A DNA stretch of 53,646 nucleotides, from IMG/VR virus record IMGVR_UViG_3300046707_000046, positions 1 to 53,646 of that record; one strand, given 5' to 3'. The stretch is from a virus. Its lineage: Duplodnaviria > Caudoviricetes. The notes beneath the pieces were generated by a model. That model ran no database searches. It saw only the letters and a list, made by a program, of their open reading frames with translations, and was not told the DNA's origin. Shown in pieces: positions 25,611 through 35,925 of this stretch. The first letter of the stretch is position 1; each line of letters opens with the position of its first letter. Position numbers and translations under genes: made by a program.

Positions 25611-26169
25611 TGTTGAACTTCCACCAGTCACCAGGCGTGCAAAGCTCGGCACCCGATGGCCGGCCGGAAATCGGGCTGGCAAGCCCGAGCCGGTCGTAGG
25701 TCCAGGCTGCCAGTGACGAGCAGACTACGTGACCCGGCCTTGGGCCTCCCTGGTTCCAGCCCCACCAGTCGTCTATCAGTTCCGCAAGCTCCCCGGCCCG
25801 GAAGGAAACGAAGGCATCGGCGGCTATCCCGCCGATCCAGTCGTACCCGACGCCGAGCAGACCTTCCGCAGTCTTCGCTATAGCGGCCCTCTGCGGCTCT
25901 GTACGGGCCTGTGAGGCGTTAGAATTGTTCCACCTAGTATGGATGTGGGGGTCAGCCAGGTACTTGTCTGTGGTCACCCAGCCGACACCGCCGGGGCGTC
26001 CCTCGATGCCCCACCATATGCCGTCCTTGTCCTGGTGATGAGCGATGAGCACGTGATCCACGTGATGAGCCTGGCCGGCCATCAGCTCACCGAGGTCAAT
26101 GAACGGAGCCCAGACCGTGTGCGTGTTGACGGTCAGTACGTCCCCGACGCCTATCCTAGCTATTGTCAT
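25585..26169 (-). CDS. Permuted papain-like NlpC/P60 (YiiX/YebB-like) protein
   Basis: GD.L, H, IEG.PGGV, G..YDW, VCSSL....Y, TPGD. Confidence 0.75.
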   Translation of the reverse strand: MTIARIGVGDVLTVNTHTVWAPFIDLGELMAGQAHHVDHVLIAHHQDKDGIWWGIEGRPGGVGWVTTDKYLADPHIHTRWNNSNASQARTEPQRAAIAKTAEGLLGVGYDWIGGIAADAFVSFRAGELAELIDDWWGWNQGGPRPGHVVCSSLAAWTYDRLGLASPISGRPSGAELCTPGDWWKFNNAQAAASS

Positions 26170-26560
26170 GATCTCTCCAAAGTTCCTCGACCCTGACCTT
26201 CAGTTCCTCTATGTCGTGCTGAAATCGCTCCCGCTGAGGGGTTATCTCCGCGTTGTGCTCAGCGAGCTGGACTTCAATCCTGGTTATAGCATCCTTAAGA
26301 GATGTGCCTCCGTTATGAAGGGTCTCGCTCTTGATGACTGCTATCTCTGATTTTAGACCGGAAAGGGATTCCATGACACCCGGAACAGGCTCAACCCCAG
26401 GTCTTCCTGGTCTTCCTGACCAGTCATCAAACAAGTCTGACAAGCGCTTGTGAAGTGCCCGGACCCCCTTGCCGAACCAGACAAGCAGGGTACCGACAAG
26501 CCCGAGGACGGCTACGGTGGCTATGATCGCCTCTGAAGTTACAAGTGATGGTGCAGACAT
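26156..26560 (-). CDS. Membrane-anchored coiled-coil protein
   Basis: N-terminal TM, DW.G.P.RPGV...PGVME, NGG.SLKD.I.RIE motif seen in actinophage late genes. Confidence 0.75.
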   Translation of the reverse strand: MSAPSLVTSEAIIATVAVLGLVGTLLVWFGKGVRALHKRLSDLFDDWSGRPGRPGVEPVPGVMESLSGLKSEIAVIKSETLHNGGTSLKDAITRIEVQLAEHNAEITPQRERFQHDIEELKVRVEELWRDHDNS

Positions 26561-26562
26561 TC

Positions 26563-27114
26563 CTACTCGCTCATGAAGATGATTTCCATAGCGGAAGCCG
26601 CGTTGATGCCCGTGCTCGAAGTGTTCAGTGCCCCGCCTGAGCCCTGGAACGCGAAGGGCTGGACGCTATCCACTCCCGCGAACATGAACACAGGGGCCGC
26701 TACCTGGACCGCCCACGTAAGCGTGGACGCTATCGGATACTTCTGGCCGCCTATCTGGAAAAGCCCGGTGTCATAATTGATGAGAGCGGTTGCCATCTTG
26801 CCTGCACCTGTACCGCCAGTGCCGAAGTAGGTCACGACGACCAGGTGAATCCCGGTCTGCTGTGCCGTGTACTTGTTAGATGCCCCGCTTGTCCAGCCAG
26901 AGTAGGTATCCTCAACTACCGTGTCAAGGGTAAGGACCGTGTTAGTCCCGGTGGGTATGGACTGCGGAGCCGTGCTGTTCTGCCAGGCCCTGAAGATCGG
27001 CCGCTTCGTCAGGTAGGTAATGTCGTCACGTATCCTGGCATTGAAGTCCGCCGGCTGAGGGGCTGATCCTGCTATCCAGAGCGGGAGGGGCAGGGGAGGG
27101 GCGTTAACGGGCAC
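26563..27114 (-). CDS. Minor tail protein (C1q/TNF-like beta domain)
   Basis: W.AG......FN...RD; Q.I..G..T.L..D; paralogous to the upstream gene. Confidence 0.7.
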   Translation of the reverse strand: MPVNAPPLPLPLWIAGSAPQPADFNARIRDDITYLTKRPIFRAWQNSTAPQSIPTGTNTVLTLDTVVEDTYSGWTSGASNKYTAQQTGIHLVVVTYFGTGGTGAGKMATALINYDTGLFQIGGQKYPIASTLTWAVQVAAPVFMFAGVDSVQPFAFQGSGGALNTSSTGINAASAMEIIFMSE

Positions 27115-27115
27115 C

Positions 27116-28234
27116 TTAGCCTCCTATCCAGAGGGTTATCAGGCGCACGTCGCCGGTTCCCGGTGCAGTGGACAGGTTCCCGCCCGAATTCTGCCTTCCG
27201 TAAAGCTGCAACGTGTCCCCGGCCGTGAACCTGATGATCCGTGACCCTGACAGCGCCGTGTTATTCTGCCCGGCGGCTGCGGCCAGCAGCCAGTTAGCCG
27301 GGGTACCGCTAAGGTTAGCCCTTACCTCTGTCACGTAACTTGCCGCCGCCCCGTTAGACCAGGACACGTTAGCGGCTACGAAGTAGGCACCCGACACGGG
27401 AGCGGTCCACGTGTCAGTTCCCTGGTTGTATGCCCCGTAATTGTCAATGCCGACAGTCGGTACCAGTCCGACAATGTGGGTGTCAACGCCAGTAGCTATG
27501 CCCGCCTGGGAGTTGTCCTGAATCGCTCGCATGTACGGGACGTAAGACAGGAAGTTGAGCGAGTTGAATATCTCAACGTTGAATGAGCCCTGCCCCGCAG
27601 CGTTAGCTGCAAAGTCGGTACACAAATCATTGAGTGCCCATGTGCGAGGGTTAGGCACAGCTAGCGGGGCTACTCCCCCGACGCCATTAGGAAGTGCCAC
27701 CCACTGCAAGTACAGGTAAGGCTGCCGGAAGGTGTCATTCTCAAGAACGATGGCACCCCCTGAATTCTGGAAGGCGCTGAGGGTTACGTACTGACCTCCG
27801 CTTAGGCTGATCAGGTCGATATCCATCGGCGTAGCGTTACCGCCGGTGGTACTCGGTATCTTCGACCCTACGGCGTTGATCGTTCCATTCTGGTTGAACT
27901 GGCAGATGAAGTTACTGGCAGACGCCGTGATGTAAGGTATCTCGCCGATGGCCAGGTAGATACCGCCGCAGTTAGAGGGCACCGTCCAGCGATTGAGGGC
28001 AGAGTCATTCATGCCCTGGTAGTTGTCAATGAATATGGTGTCAAGAACAACGTCAGTGTTGGTGGTGTTAGGTATGGATTGCGCAGTAGTTCCCTGAGCA
28101 CCCCAGAAAGCAGGAGGCTGGGAGAGGAACCCTACCGTCTGCTGTAGCTGGTCGTTAAGATCGGTAGCGAAGACGTGCTTACTGGGTCGCAGCGGCCAGG
28201 CCAGGGGGTTCGGCCTTACGGGCGGGAGGGGCAT
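27116..28234 (-). CDS. Minor tail protein with two C1q-like repeats
   Basis: Duplicated QSI...DT..DNY...WT.P..G.Y units. Confidence 0.7.
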   Translation of the reverse strand: MPLPPVRPNPLAWPLRPSKHVFATDLNDQLQQTVGFLSQPPAFWGAQGTTAQSIPNTTNTDVVLDTIFIDNYQGMNDSALNRWTVPSNCGGIYLAIGEIPYITASASNFICQFNQNGTINAVGSKIPSTTGGNATPMDIDLISLSGGQYVTLSAFQNSGGAIVLENDTFRQPYLYLQWVALPNGVGGVAPLAVPNPRTWALNDLCTDFAANAAGQGSFNVEIFNSLNFLSYVPYMRAIQDNSQAGIATGVDTHIVGLVPTVGIDNYGAYNQGTDTWTAPVSGAYFVAANVSWSNGAAASYVTEVRANLSGTPANWLLAAAAGQNNTALSGSRIIRFTAGDTLQLYGRQNSGGNLSTAPGTGDVRLITLWIGG

Positions 28235-28240
28235 CTCTGT

Positions 28241-31200
28241 CTACCAGCCTAGCGAGTTAGGCCCGAGCAGGCCGAACAAGGGATCGTCAAGCGTTAGCAC
28301 GGGGTTAAGTATCGGTCCTAGTGAGTAGGTGCAGGATGCAACGTCCTGGGTGATGGTCGGCTCTACCTTCAGGATAACGAAGCTCTGGACAATGGGCGTG
28401 GCACCGGGTGCGTTACGGGCGAAGGAAACAACGTCCCCGACATCGATCCTTAGCACCATCTCCCAGGAGTCCGGGTTGGATGCCATGTCAATGTTCATCG
28501 TCTCCACCCTGAAGGCTGGCTGCTTGTAGGCATTCAGCACCCAGTTGGCATTGTCGATCAGGTCAAGCGGGGGGTTGGTATTGTTGTCGTAGATGATGCG
28601 GCTGTAGGTGCGGGCGTAATACTGCTGCTTGCTGGCCGGGTCAATCACCCTTGCGAAAGCCTGGTCTACGTTCCTGGTAACCTGAACGTCGTTGTAGAGA
28701 TGCGTAACGTCGTAGTTTATGGAAACGTCCGATTCGTACGCCACGGCATTTCCGGTGGAGCTTAGCCATGTACGGCTTACGACGAGAAGCGTGGTAGCCG
28801 GCGGGGTTCCTGCGAACTGCACGATCATGGCAGCCTGGGTCGCGGTAGCAGGGGCGGTGCCGGTAAGGGCGAAGGGCAGCGGGGTCACTGGCGGCAGGAT
28901 GTACTGCTGGCTCGTGGTCGAACTGATAAGTGCCCCGCCAGCGGTGTACCAGTTGATCACCATCTGGAACTGGGTCCAGCCCTGAGGGGAATAAGCCCAG
29001 GTGTTCATGGTGTAAGGGTTGCCCGTAGTTACGGGTATCGTAAGTTCGGAAATGGCACCGGGACTAGCATGTGTTCCATCGGGGGTTATCAGCAGGCTTC
29101 CCGTACCCGGTATGAAGCTCCATGTAGACGATCCCTGTCCGATGGTAGCAGAATTCTGGGCAGTCCACGGAGAGACGGACGGGAAGGTACCGTTCTTGTT
29201 CAGCGGGATGAAGTTGTCAGAGAACAAGCCCCGTGAACCGCCATCGTACAGGCTATCCCGTCCGTGAAACATGAACACGCCATTGCGGTCTACGTAAATC
29301 TGACCGTTCTCGGTGAGGGCAATGTCCATAGCAGCCTGGTCTGCCTGGGTTCCGCTGGCTCCGAGGGAGCCGTTAGGGTGCTGAGGACCGAAGGAGCCGA
29401 ACAGGCCGAAGGCACCTGCTATCCCGCCCGAGCCGTAACCAAGCCCGCTGCCCATGTAATTAAGAGCCTGGGTGGGGCTGTTACCCGCGTATATCGCCTG
29501 CGGCTTACCCCACTTGCAGTATTCAAGGATGCGTTGCATCCTGACACCAGTGGTCTCACCGGCAAACCCGGTAGAGCCTGACAGGAAGTGCGCCTGGATT
29601 CTCTCTGGGTCAATGGCAGAGGTGTCATAGATTGCGACACCAGAGTAGTACCCGTTACCGAATGCGAACCCGCTGGTAGAGTATGCGAACCGGCTTGTCT
29701 GCCCGTTTATCTCGAACAGCTTGGGCTGCGTCCTGATAAGGGTCCAGCTACCGCTTGCCCACAGGGCACCGTCGAAGTAGTAAGCGTACGTAGTAGATGT
29801 CATCACGAGGAAGTGGTGATGCCACAGGCCGTCTATCAGCCCTCCTAGAGAGGCAGAAGGCCCGATGTTAACGAAGTGCTGGGTACCGCCTGAATCCCAG
29901 TAGCTCATGGAGGCAGGGGCACTCGGGCTGCCTGTGGTAAGGTTAACGATCTGCCCGCCAGTGCGAGGCGTGTCTCCCTCGATCGCAAACACTGTCTGCA
30001 CGGGGAACGAAGTTCCCTGTACCTGTGCCCAGAACTCAACGCACATTCCGTTAGCTGCTATGTTGGGCAGGTTGCCGTTGTAGCTGCGCAGCACGTTGCC
30101 CTTGTTGAACCCGGTGGTACCGCTTTTAACCCCCCAGACGGTATCCAGGGTACCGTTAAGGGTGTTAGTGGACCCGGTTGTCGGCAGGCTGTTCCCGAAG
30201 GATGCACCGACGCCACCCTGCCGCCCCGCAACCTGGTCAAGCGTATCGAACGAACGCCCGGAGATGTTAGAGGCGAATGGCGAGCCAGAAGCGTCACCTA
30301 GCGGCCAAAGGTCCAGCGGGTTGTCGTAAAGCTGTTCCTGTACCATGCAATTCTGAAGCTGAATCTGCGGCAGTCTGGCAAACTCATCCGAGCATTGCGC
30401 CTGGACAATACCGTACTGATCCTCGTAGGTTTCCGGCAGGTACTCGAAGTGGCCGTTAAAGAACTGGTAGGTACGCCCCTGCCAGGTAAGCAGCAGCCTG
30501 ATCGGGGTAATGAGCTTAACGTTGGGGTAGTACGGACCCGAGGCATTGAACGGGTTGAATGCCCCATCGTGGTTGTCTAGCTCGATGGTGTAGTCGGAAG
30601 CGGTCTGCTGGTCTAGCTCAAACTCCCGTCCGCGTTCACCCTTGACACCAAGGAACCTGGTCGTTATATCCGTCCATGCGAAGTACCCGTTAAGGCTCCC
30701 GGGAAGCACGCCGAAAGCTGCCTGGCACTGGATAAGGGGGAGATTAGCGTTATACGGGTTGACGGGGTTGCCGCCTGCCTGGGCAACGGATATGAGGACA
30801 CCTGACCATGCTCCGCTCACCCCGCCGTTAAAGGTGATGCTCTGCGGACCCGCTGAGGCGTTCAGGAATGCGGAGCCACCGAAGGTGGGGTTGAAACTGG
30901 TGTCTGTAGAGTTGCCCGTGGCCTGAGCTATCGTGGTCCAGCCGGCGGTGCTTGTGGTAACGAATCCTGAGGATGCCTGCTGGGTCGCAGCGGCCAGGAT
31001 GAAGTCAGCCGTCGTGGTGGTGGTGGAGAGCGTCAGGGAGCTTGCGCTGCCGTTCGTGTTGGCCGCCGTGACATCAAGGACATAGCCCGCCTGAAGGCCG
31101 GTTACCTCTATCACGGTGAAGATCGGGTTGCGCAGGAAGCCGCTGCTAGAGAAGCTTACGGTAGTAAGACCAGGTGCCGTCGCACCGCCCGGCAGAGGGG

Positions 31201-31522
31201 TTGCTATCGCATTCTGAACGAGCAATATAGCAGTCCGCACGCTGCTGCCCAGACTGGTCGTGCAGAGCACTGGCTGCCAGAAATTGTGGGCATCGTCAGC
31301 AGCCCAGACAACAACGCCAGGGTCTTCTGTTACGTCCCACTGGGCTATTGCGAAAAGCCAGTTACCAGCAGTGTTCCCTATCTGAATCTGGCTGGTCCCG
31401 TTTACGTAGCCATCAGAGTTTCTTGTCCACGTGTTAACTACGTTACCGGGAGCGGGTGCTCCGGGGCTGCCGCCAGCGCCCGGAGAACCGAAGGGTGCCC
31501 CGAATGGATTGGGGAAGGGCAT
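28241..31522 (-). CDS. Large minor tail/baseplate protein with LamG-like and CBM-like domains
   Basis: WTDIT, RGR..ELD, LDN.DG.F.P.N..GPYYP, DG.WHH, N.V.VTR, LDD...G.L..N.LGW. Confidence 0.8.
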   Translation of the reverse strand: MPFPNPFGAPFGSPGAGGSPGAPAPGNVVNTWTRNSDGYVNGTSQIQIGNTAGNWLFAIAQWDVTEDPGVVVWAADDAHNFWQPVLCTTSLGSSVRTAILLVQNAIATPLPGGATAPGLTTVSFSSSGFLRNPIFTVIEVTGLQAGYVLDVTAANTNGSASSLTLSTTTTTADFILAAATQQASSGFVTTSTAGWTTIAQATGNSTDTSFNPTFGGSAFLNASAGPQSITFNGGVSGAWSGVLISVAQAGGNPVNPYNANLPLIQCQAAFGVLPGSLNGYFAWTDITTRFLGVKGERGREFELDQQTASDYTIELDNHDGAFNPFNASGPYYPNVKLITPIRLLLTWQGRTYQFFNGHFEYLPETYEDQYGIVQAQCSDEFARLPQIQLQNCMVQEQLYDNPLDLWPLGDASGSPFASNISGRSFDTLDQVAGRQGGVGASFGNSLPTTGSTNTLNGTLDTVWGVKSGTTGFNKGNVLRSYNGNLPNIAANGMCVEFWAQVQGTSFPVQTVFAIEGDTPRTGGQIVNLTTGSPSAPASMSYWDSGGTQHFVNIGPSASLGGLIDGLWHHHFLVMTSTTYAYYFDGALWASGSWTLIRTQPKLFEINGQTSRFAYSTSGFAFGNGYYSGVAIYDTSAIDPERIQAHFLSGSTGFAGETTGVRMQRILEYCKWGKPQAIYAGNSPTQALNYMGSGLGYGSGGIAGAFGLFGSFGPQHPNGSLGASGTQADQAAMDIALTENGQIYVDRNGVFMFHGRDSLYDGGSRGLFSDNFIPLNKNGTFPSVSPWTAQNSATIGQGSSTWSFIPGTGSLLITPDGTHASPGAISELTIPVTTGNPYTMNTWAYSPQGWTQFQMVINWYTAGGALISSTTSQQYILPPVTPLPFALTGTAPATATQAAMIVQFAGTPPATTLLVVSRTWLSSTGNAVAYESDVSINYDVTHLYNDVQVTRNVDQAFARVIDPASKQQYYARTYSRIIYDNNTNPPLDLIDNANWVLNAYKQPAFRVETMNIDMASNPDSWEMVLRIDVGDVVSFARNAPGATPIVQSFVILKVEPTITQDVASCTYSLGPILNPVLTLDDPLFGLLGPNSLGW

Positions 31523-32887
31523 TTACGGAACCGTGATGGCAGTTGCGTTAACGGTAAACTTACCCTGGCCGATAGTCAGCGTGTCGGTAGTCGGGTTAGC
31601 CGGGGCGACCGAGCAGCCGATCAGGGTAACGGCGGCGGAGGCGTTAAGGTTGATGGTAACCGCGTTACCCCCGGTCTGGGCAAGGTACTGCTCAAGCAGG
31701 GTGTTGCTGCTGTTCACGTCCAGGTTGATGTCATCAAAGGCACCCTTGCCTGTCCCGCCGTTACGTCCGCAGTTCCTCATGATGGTCTGAACGCACCCGG
31801 TGGTGGCAGTAGCATTCTTCTTGAATGCGAACAGGTGATTGCCCCATGTATTGGTCGTCAAGTCCCATGCAAAACAGGAATCGATTACCGTTCCCTGGCA
31901 AGACTCGAACAGCATGAACCCGCCGTTAGGAGACTGGTTCGTTATGTTGACAAACTGGTTGTTCTTGAGGCCGGTACCGCTTGAGCCGTTGTATGCCAGG
32001 TGCATAGCGTAGTTCGTTCCGTCTGGCTGCACGTTGAACTGGCGGATGTTGGCCCACCTGTTATTGTTGATGTTAGGTGCAGAGCAGGTAAGAATCCATG
32101 CTTCGATAGTGCGGGAAGCGCCCGTGTACCATTCGTAGTTACGCTCGAAGGCACATTCGACTAGCTGCACGAGGGCTGCGCCATTCCAGATTGCCTTAGA
32201 TGGGTTATTCTGTGTCATCCGGCAGTCGTGCAGGTAGAACCTGGACAGGTTGGCACCCGAGAAGATGTGGCCCCCGCCTACCTGGGACTTGAACTGGATA
32301 TGATCTATCTCTGCCGAGTCGCTTAGCGTCGCGGGGTTCATGTTCATCAGGTCGCTGACGGCGTTCTGTATGACACTGGCAGAGTAGGTGCTGCCCGTGA
32401 TCCTGCCGGACCAGTTGGCAGGCAACGTAATAGCGCTAGAGGTCTTGTAGGTACCAGCGGGAATGTAGACAACGCCGTTACCGGCCGTGTTAAGGGCCGT
32501 CTGGATCGCGGTCGTAGAGTCCAGCGTACCAGTCGGGTCCGCGTTGTAAGGGAAGGCCAGGATGTTTACCCAGTCATGGCCACCATCGTAGAAGTCCCTG
32601 GCAGCCGGGCCGTGAACAACGCTAGCGCCGTTCGAGTGCGCCGGGGCGTTGCTGTTGTCATCCCCACGGATTGAGTTTGCGTACGTGAACGGGCCAGCCC
32701 CGGTAGCGGCCTGGGTGATGGTGACGACTTCCGAGTTGTTCGTGTTCCACTCGATGATCAGCGTGAACGGGAACTTCGCCGGGAACCCGGTGATCGAGTT
32801 AACGATGATGCTCGCAGTGCTGCCCGAGGCAACGGAACCCAGTGCCCCGCCTAGCGTGGTCTGCACTGCACTAGATGAGTAGAACAA
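31523..32887 (-). CDS. Tail-associated beta-helix (pectate-lyase-3-like) depolymerase
   Basis: ADPTG..DST.AIQ.AL......VYIPAGTY followed by Asn-rich beta-helix coils. Confidence 0.8.
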   Translation of the reverse strand: MFYSSSAVQTTLGGALGSVASGSTASIIVNSITGFPAKFPFTLIIEWNTNNSEVVTITQAATGAGPFTYANSIRGDDNSNAPAHSNGASVVHGPAARDFYDGGHDWVNILAFPYNADPTGTLDSTTAIQTALNTAGNGVVYIPAGTYKTSSAITLPANWSGRITGSTYSASVIQNAVSDLMNMNPATLSDSAEIDHIQFKSQVGGGHIFSGANLSRFYLHDCRMTQNNPSKAIWNGAALVQLVECAFERNYEWYTGASRTIEAWILTCSAPNINNNRWANIRQFNVQPDGTNYAMHLAYNGSSGTGLKNNQFVNITNQSPNGGFMLFESCQGTVIDSCFAWDLTTNTWGNHLFAFKKNATATTGCVQTIMRNCGRNGGTGKGAFDDINLDVNSSNTLLEQYLAQTGGNAVTINLNASAAVTLIGCSVAPANPTTDTLTIGQGKFTVNATAITVP

Positions 32888-32895
32888 GAGCTTCC

Positions 32896-35163
32896 TTATC
32901 TCGTGGTTCTCGAAAGGCCATTAGTGCCAGACAGCTTCTGACGCCTTACTGCCCGGCGTTGAACTGACTGGTAGACTTCCTTGCCGTCAATGTAGATGTG
33001 GTTCTGGATGACAGCCGGGGCGTGGCTTACTATGACGGTAGAGGATGAGCTAGGGCCTGTGGTTGGCATCCCGGAGGGACGGAACTGCGAGGCCCCGCCC
33101 GTGAACTGGCTTGCCCCGTTAACAATCTTGGGGCCACCACCCGGTGCAGGCTGGCCAATCTGGCTGTAAATCTGGATGAGGTGCAACGTGACGGTCTTGT
33201 TGCGGAGGGAGTTAAGCTGAGCCTGAAGGTCTCGTATGGCCTGCCTGACCGCACTCGACTGGCTATGCAGTCCCCTGAGAACCCCTATCTCGGCCTGGAT
33301 GACACCGGCAGCCTGACGGTAGGAGTGCGTTGACTGCAAGGTGCTGTTAGACAGCGCGATAGTGTCAGACAGGGAAGTCGCAAGTGCAGCCTGGGAGGCA
33401 CGCTGAGCAACGGTGCTAAGCCCGACCTGGCCATTGGATGCCTTAATTGCCGTAGCAAGGGCGATGTTGTCGTTCTTCCACTGCACCTGTGCCTGAAGGG
33501 TGCTGGCGAACGGCGCAAGCAGGTCGTTGAACGCATTGGCCAGGCCCTGAAGCTGGCTGGCCAGCCCGAGAGACGCATTGGCGGCTTGCTGCATGTCGAA
33601 CGTCATCGCGGTCAGCGGGTTGTTAGCCGCCTTCATGGCGGCTACATAGCTGGCAATGGCTGCGCGCTGGGTAGAGTTGAAAACGCCCTTGCCTATGGTA
33701 TTGAGCAGGCCGAGCGCCTTCGCCACCTGGTACGCCTGGGCCTGGGTAAGGCCGAAGGTACGTTCTAGGTATCTGAAGTTAGCATTGAGGGTCTGAACGT
33801 GCTGCTGCGCGTCCTGGATAGCCTGGCCGGCTGCCTGGAATGCGCCTTCAGCCTGACGGCCGGATATCTTTCCGGCGTTGGCGGCGTGCAGTTGGGCGTT
33901 CTCGTAGTTTCTGAGATCGCCTATCAGTTTCTGATATCCGGCGATGTTCGCCCCGACCGCATGGTCCTGGGCAGTCAGGCTGGCCACCATCTGATCAGCC
34001 GGGGTCTTGATGCTGTTAGCGGCGATAACAAAAGCGGCGATAGCAATACCGAGCCCGGTGAATGCGCCAATCGCGATGAGAATGCCGGCGCCGAGCCCGG
34101 TCAGGAGCTGGAGAAACGACATTATGCGGCTGCCGCCGGTAATCGCCGCCCATGCGGCCGACGCCTTCGCGGCGTCCATGATGGCCTGTCCTAGCTTTAT
34201 GAACCATCCCACCAGCGCGCTTTTCTGGAGGAAGGTGAACGCGTGGTAAGCGCTGAGCGTCAGCAGCGCGAGGCGGGCGAGCGTCGGGTTGGCATTGTTA
34301 AGTGCTACGAGAGCGTGCGCAACCATGCCGATGCCGCTTAGAGCCCACAGGCCGAGGAAGTTGAAGTTGTGCGCCAGGGAAACGAGGGCATTGCCCAGTC
34401 GTCCTACCGTGGTAAGCAGGGCGGACAGGTCTTGTCCGACGACACCCGATGACGATCCTATGAGACGCTGCCACTCGGGCGAGTTAAGGGAACTCTTAAC
34501 CTGGGCAGCGAACTTCATGAACGCGAAAGCAGCCTGGTTGGTAACTCCGCCGGCTTGCTTCATGTGAGACGTTATGGTGCTTAGCAGGCTATCGTAAACA
34601 GCCAGTACCTGCACGTCGTGGCTTTTCATGCTGTTGATGAAGTTGTAGGTGTTAAGGGCGGCTACCTGCTGAGCGCCGCTGAAGGACGACCATGCCTTGC
34701 CAAGATTGGAGATGTTCGAGAAGACAGGCCCGAGGGTGCCTGAAACGGCAGCACCGAACGCTATGATACCGATGGTATCAGCAATGACCTGAGCACCGAA
34801 TACCATGACAAGATTGTGAACGACCTTCAGCCACTGGGTGGCCGTAAGTCCCCAGAATCCCCAGCCCGCCCGGCCCTGATTGGTTGCGGTCGTGACTGTC
34901 TGAACAGCGGCTATGGTCGCGGCAGCACCCTGCACGTTGAACTTGATCGGGATGGTGTCACCAGACAACGCCGCTGATAGCTGACGGGCATAGGTACGGG
35001 CACGAGCCAGGGATCGGGTGTCGATATCGAACTTAATCGGGATATCCCCGCCCATATCGCGGAGTTCCTTCATGGCCGTCTTAGCTTCAGCTATGGCCCT
35101 TAGCAGCCCGGCGGCATCGCCGGTCAGCTCCGTTACGACGGGGGGAAGGTACTCGCCTGCCAC
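32896..35163 (-). CDS. Tape measure protein
   Basis: Ala/Gln-rich helical protein with TM segments; EYLPPVV..L.GD start; position. Confidence 0.88.
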   Translation of the reverse strand: MAGEYLPPVVTELTGDAAGLLRAIAEAKTAMKELRDMGGDIPIKFDIDTRSLARARTYARQLSAALSGDTIPIKFNVQGAAATIAAVQTVTTATNQGRAGWGFWGLTATQWLKVVHNLVMVFGAQVIADTIGIIAFGAAVSGTLGPVFSNISNLGKAWSSFSGAQQVAALNTYNFINSMKSHDVQVLAVYDSLLSTITSHMKQAGGVTNQAAFAFMKFAAQVKSSLNSPEWQRLIGSSSGVVGQDLSALLTTVGRLGNALVSLAHNFNFLGLWALSGIGMVAHALVALNNANPTLARLALLTLSAYHAFTFLQKSALVGWFIKLGQAIMDAAKASAAWAAITGGSRIMSFLQLLTGLGAGILIAIGAFTGLGIAIAAFVIAANSIKTPADQMVASLTAQDHAVGANIAGYQKLIGDLRNYENAQLHAANAGKISGRQAEGAFQAAGQAIQDAQQHVQTLNANFRYLERTFGLTQAQAYQVAKALGLLNTIGKGVFNSTQRAAIASYVAAMKAANNPLTAMTFDMQQAANASLGLASQLQGLANAFNDLLAPFASTLQAQVQWKNDNIALATAIKASNGQVGLSTVAQRASQAALATSLSDTIALSNSTLQSTHSYRQAAGVIQAEIGVLRGLHSQSSAVRQAIRDLQAQLNSLRNKTVTLHLIQIYSQIGQPAPGGGPKIVNGASQFTGGASQFRPSGMPTTGPSSSSTVIVSHAPAVIQNHIYIDGKEVYQSVQRRAVRRQKLSGTNGLSRTTR

Positions 35164-35164
35164 C

Positions 35165-35653
35165 TTAGCCAGTCACTTCCTGAATCACCCTTGCAAGATG
35201 CTCGTAATAGATGGCGGTCAACTGCCCGGAATCGACAACCCTGTTAGTTGCCGGCTTGTGGTACGGCCTGGCAGGCAGGTCAACCAGCTTGCGGTACCAC
35301 TTGCCGCCCTCGTTCGTCCACTTCATGTGGGTATGCCCGTGCATCTCCCCGCCCATTTCCTGCTCACGGGCGTAGTCGGCAGTCGGCCCTACCAGGGCAC
35401 CGTCTTCTGCTGGCGTGACAAGGTACGAGCCTCCCAGGTCTCCCGAGATGGCCCCAGGCGGTGTTCCCGGTGGTGATCCGCTGTACGTTCCGGCACCGTG
35501 GGCATGCTCACCTAGCAGATCGATGGCAACCTTAGCTATTTCCTCGCCGCCGTCCATGCCGGCCTCGACAAGCATGTCAGGTATCAGCCTGGCAAAAAGA
35601 GACATGGCGACCTGCCAGTCACCATCATCTACGGTTATCCCTATGCCTGCCAT
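35165..35653 (-). CDS. HK97 gp10-like tail completion/neck protein
   Basis: S.PG.PP..ISG.L..S, VGPT..YAR.QE.GG, LPARPY..PA. Confidence 0.75.
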   Translation of the reverse strand: MAGIGITVDDGDWQVAMSLFARLIPDMLVEAGMDGGEEIAKVAIDLLGEHAHGAGTYSGSPPGTPPGAISGDLGGSYLVTPAEDGALVGPTADYAREQEMGGEMHGHTHMKWTNEGGKWYRKLVDLPARPYHKPATNRVVDSGQLTAIYYEHLARVIQEVTG

Positions 35654-35925
35654 TAGTTCCGGCTGCGCCTTCCGAATTTCCTTGACCGACGCTCAGCGTC
35701 TGCCTGCTCACGTTCCTGGTTTGTCCTTAGCTGATCATCTATGGCAGCCAGGATCGGCAGTATCCAGCCCTCTGCCTGGATCGTCAGGTTGTCCACCTGG
35801 TCAGGTGTCCATCCCAGACGGTGAGCAAAAAGGGCATAACGGTACTGTTCCCACGGAACCGCGTTGCGGTCATAGGAACCGCCAGCCAGGAAACGCTTAA
35901 GCTGGACTAGGCCGTTGTAGGGTCC
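35653..35925 (-). CDS. Tail assembly chaperone -1 frameshift extension
   Basis: -1 frame open 35952-35653 without a suitable start; FAHRLGWTPDQVDNL; shift site GAC CCT AC. Confidence 0.75.
   Translation of the reverse strand, partial: GPYNGLVQLKRFLAGGSYDRNAVPWEQYRYALFAHRLGWTPDQVDNLTIQAEGWILPILAAIDDQLRTNQEREQADAERRSRKFGRRSRN

Noticed and set aside
26563-28234. Diversity-generating retroelement target
   Set aside because: No reverse transcriptase and no TR/VR nucleotide repeat pair seen
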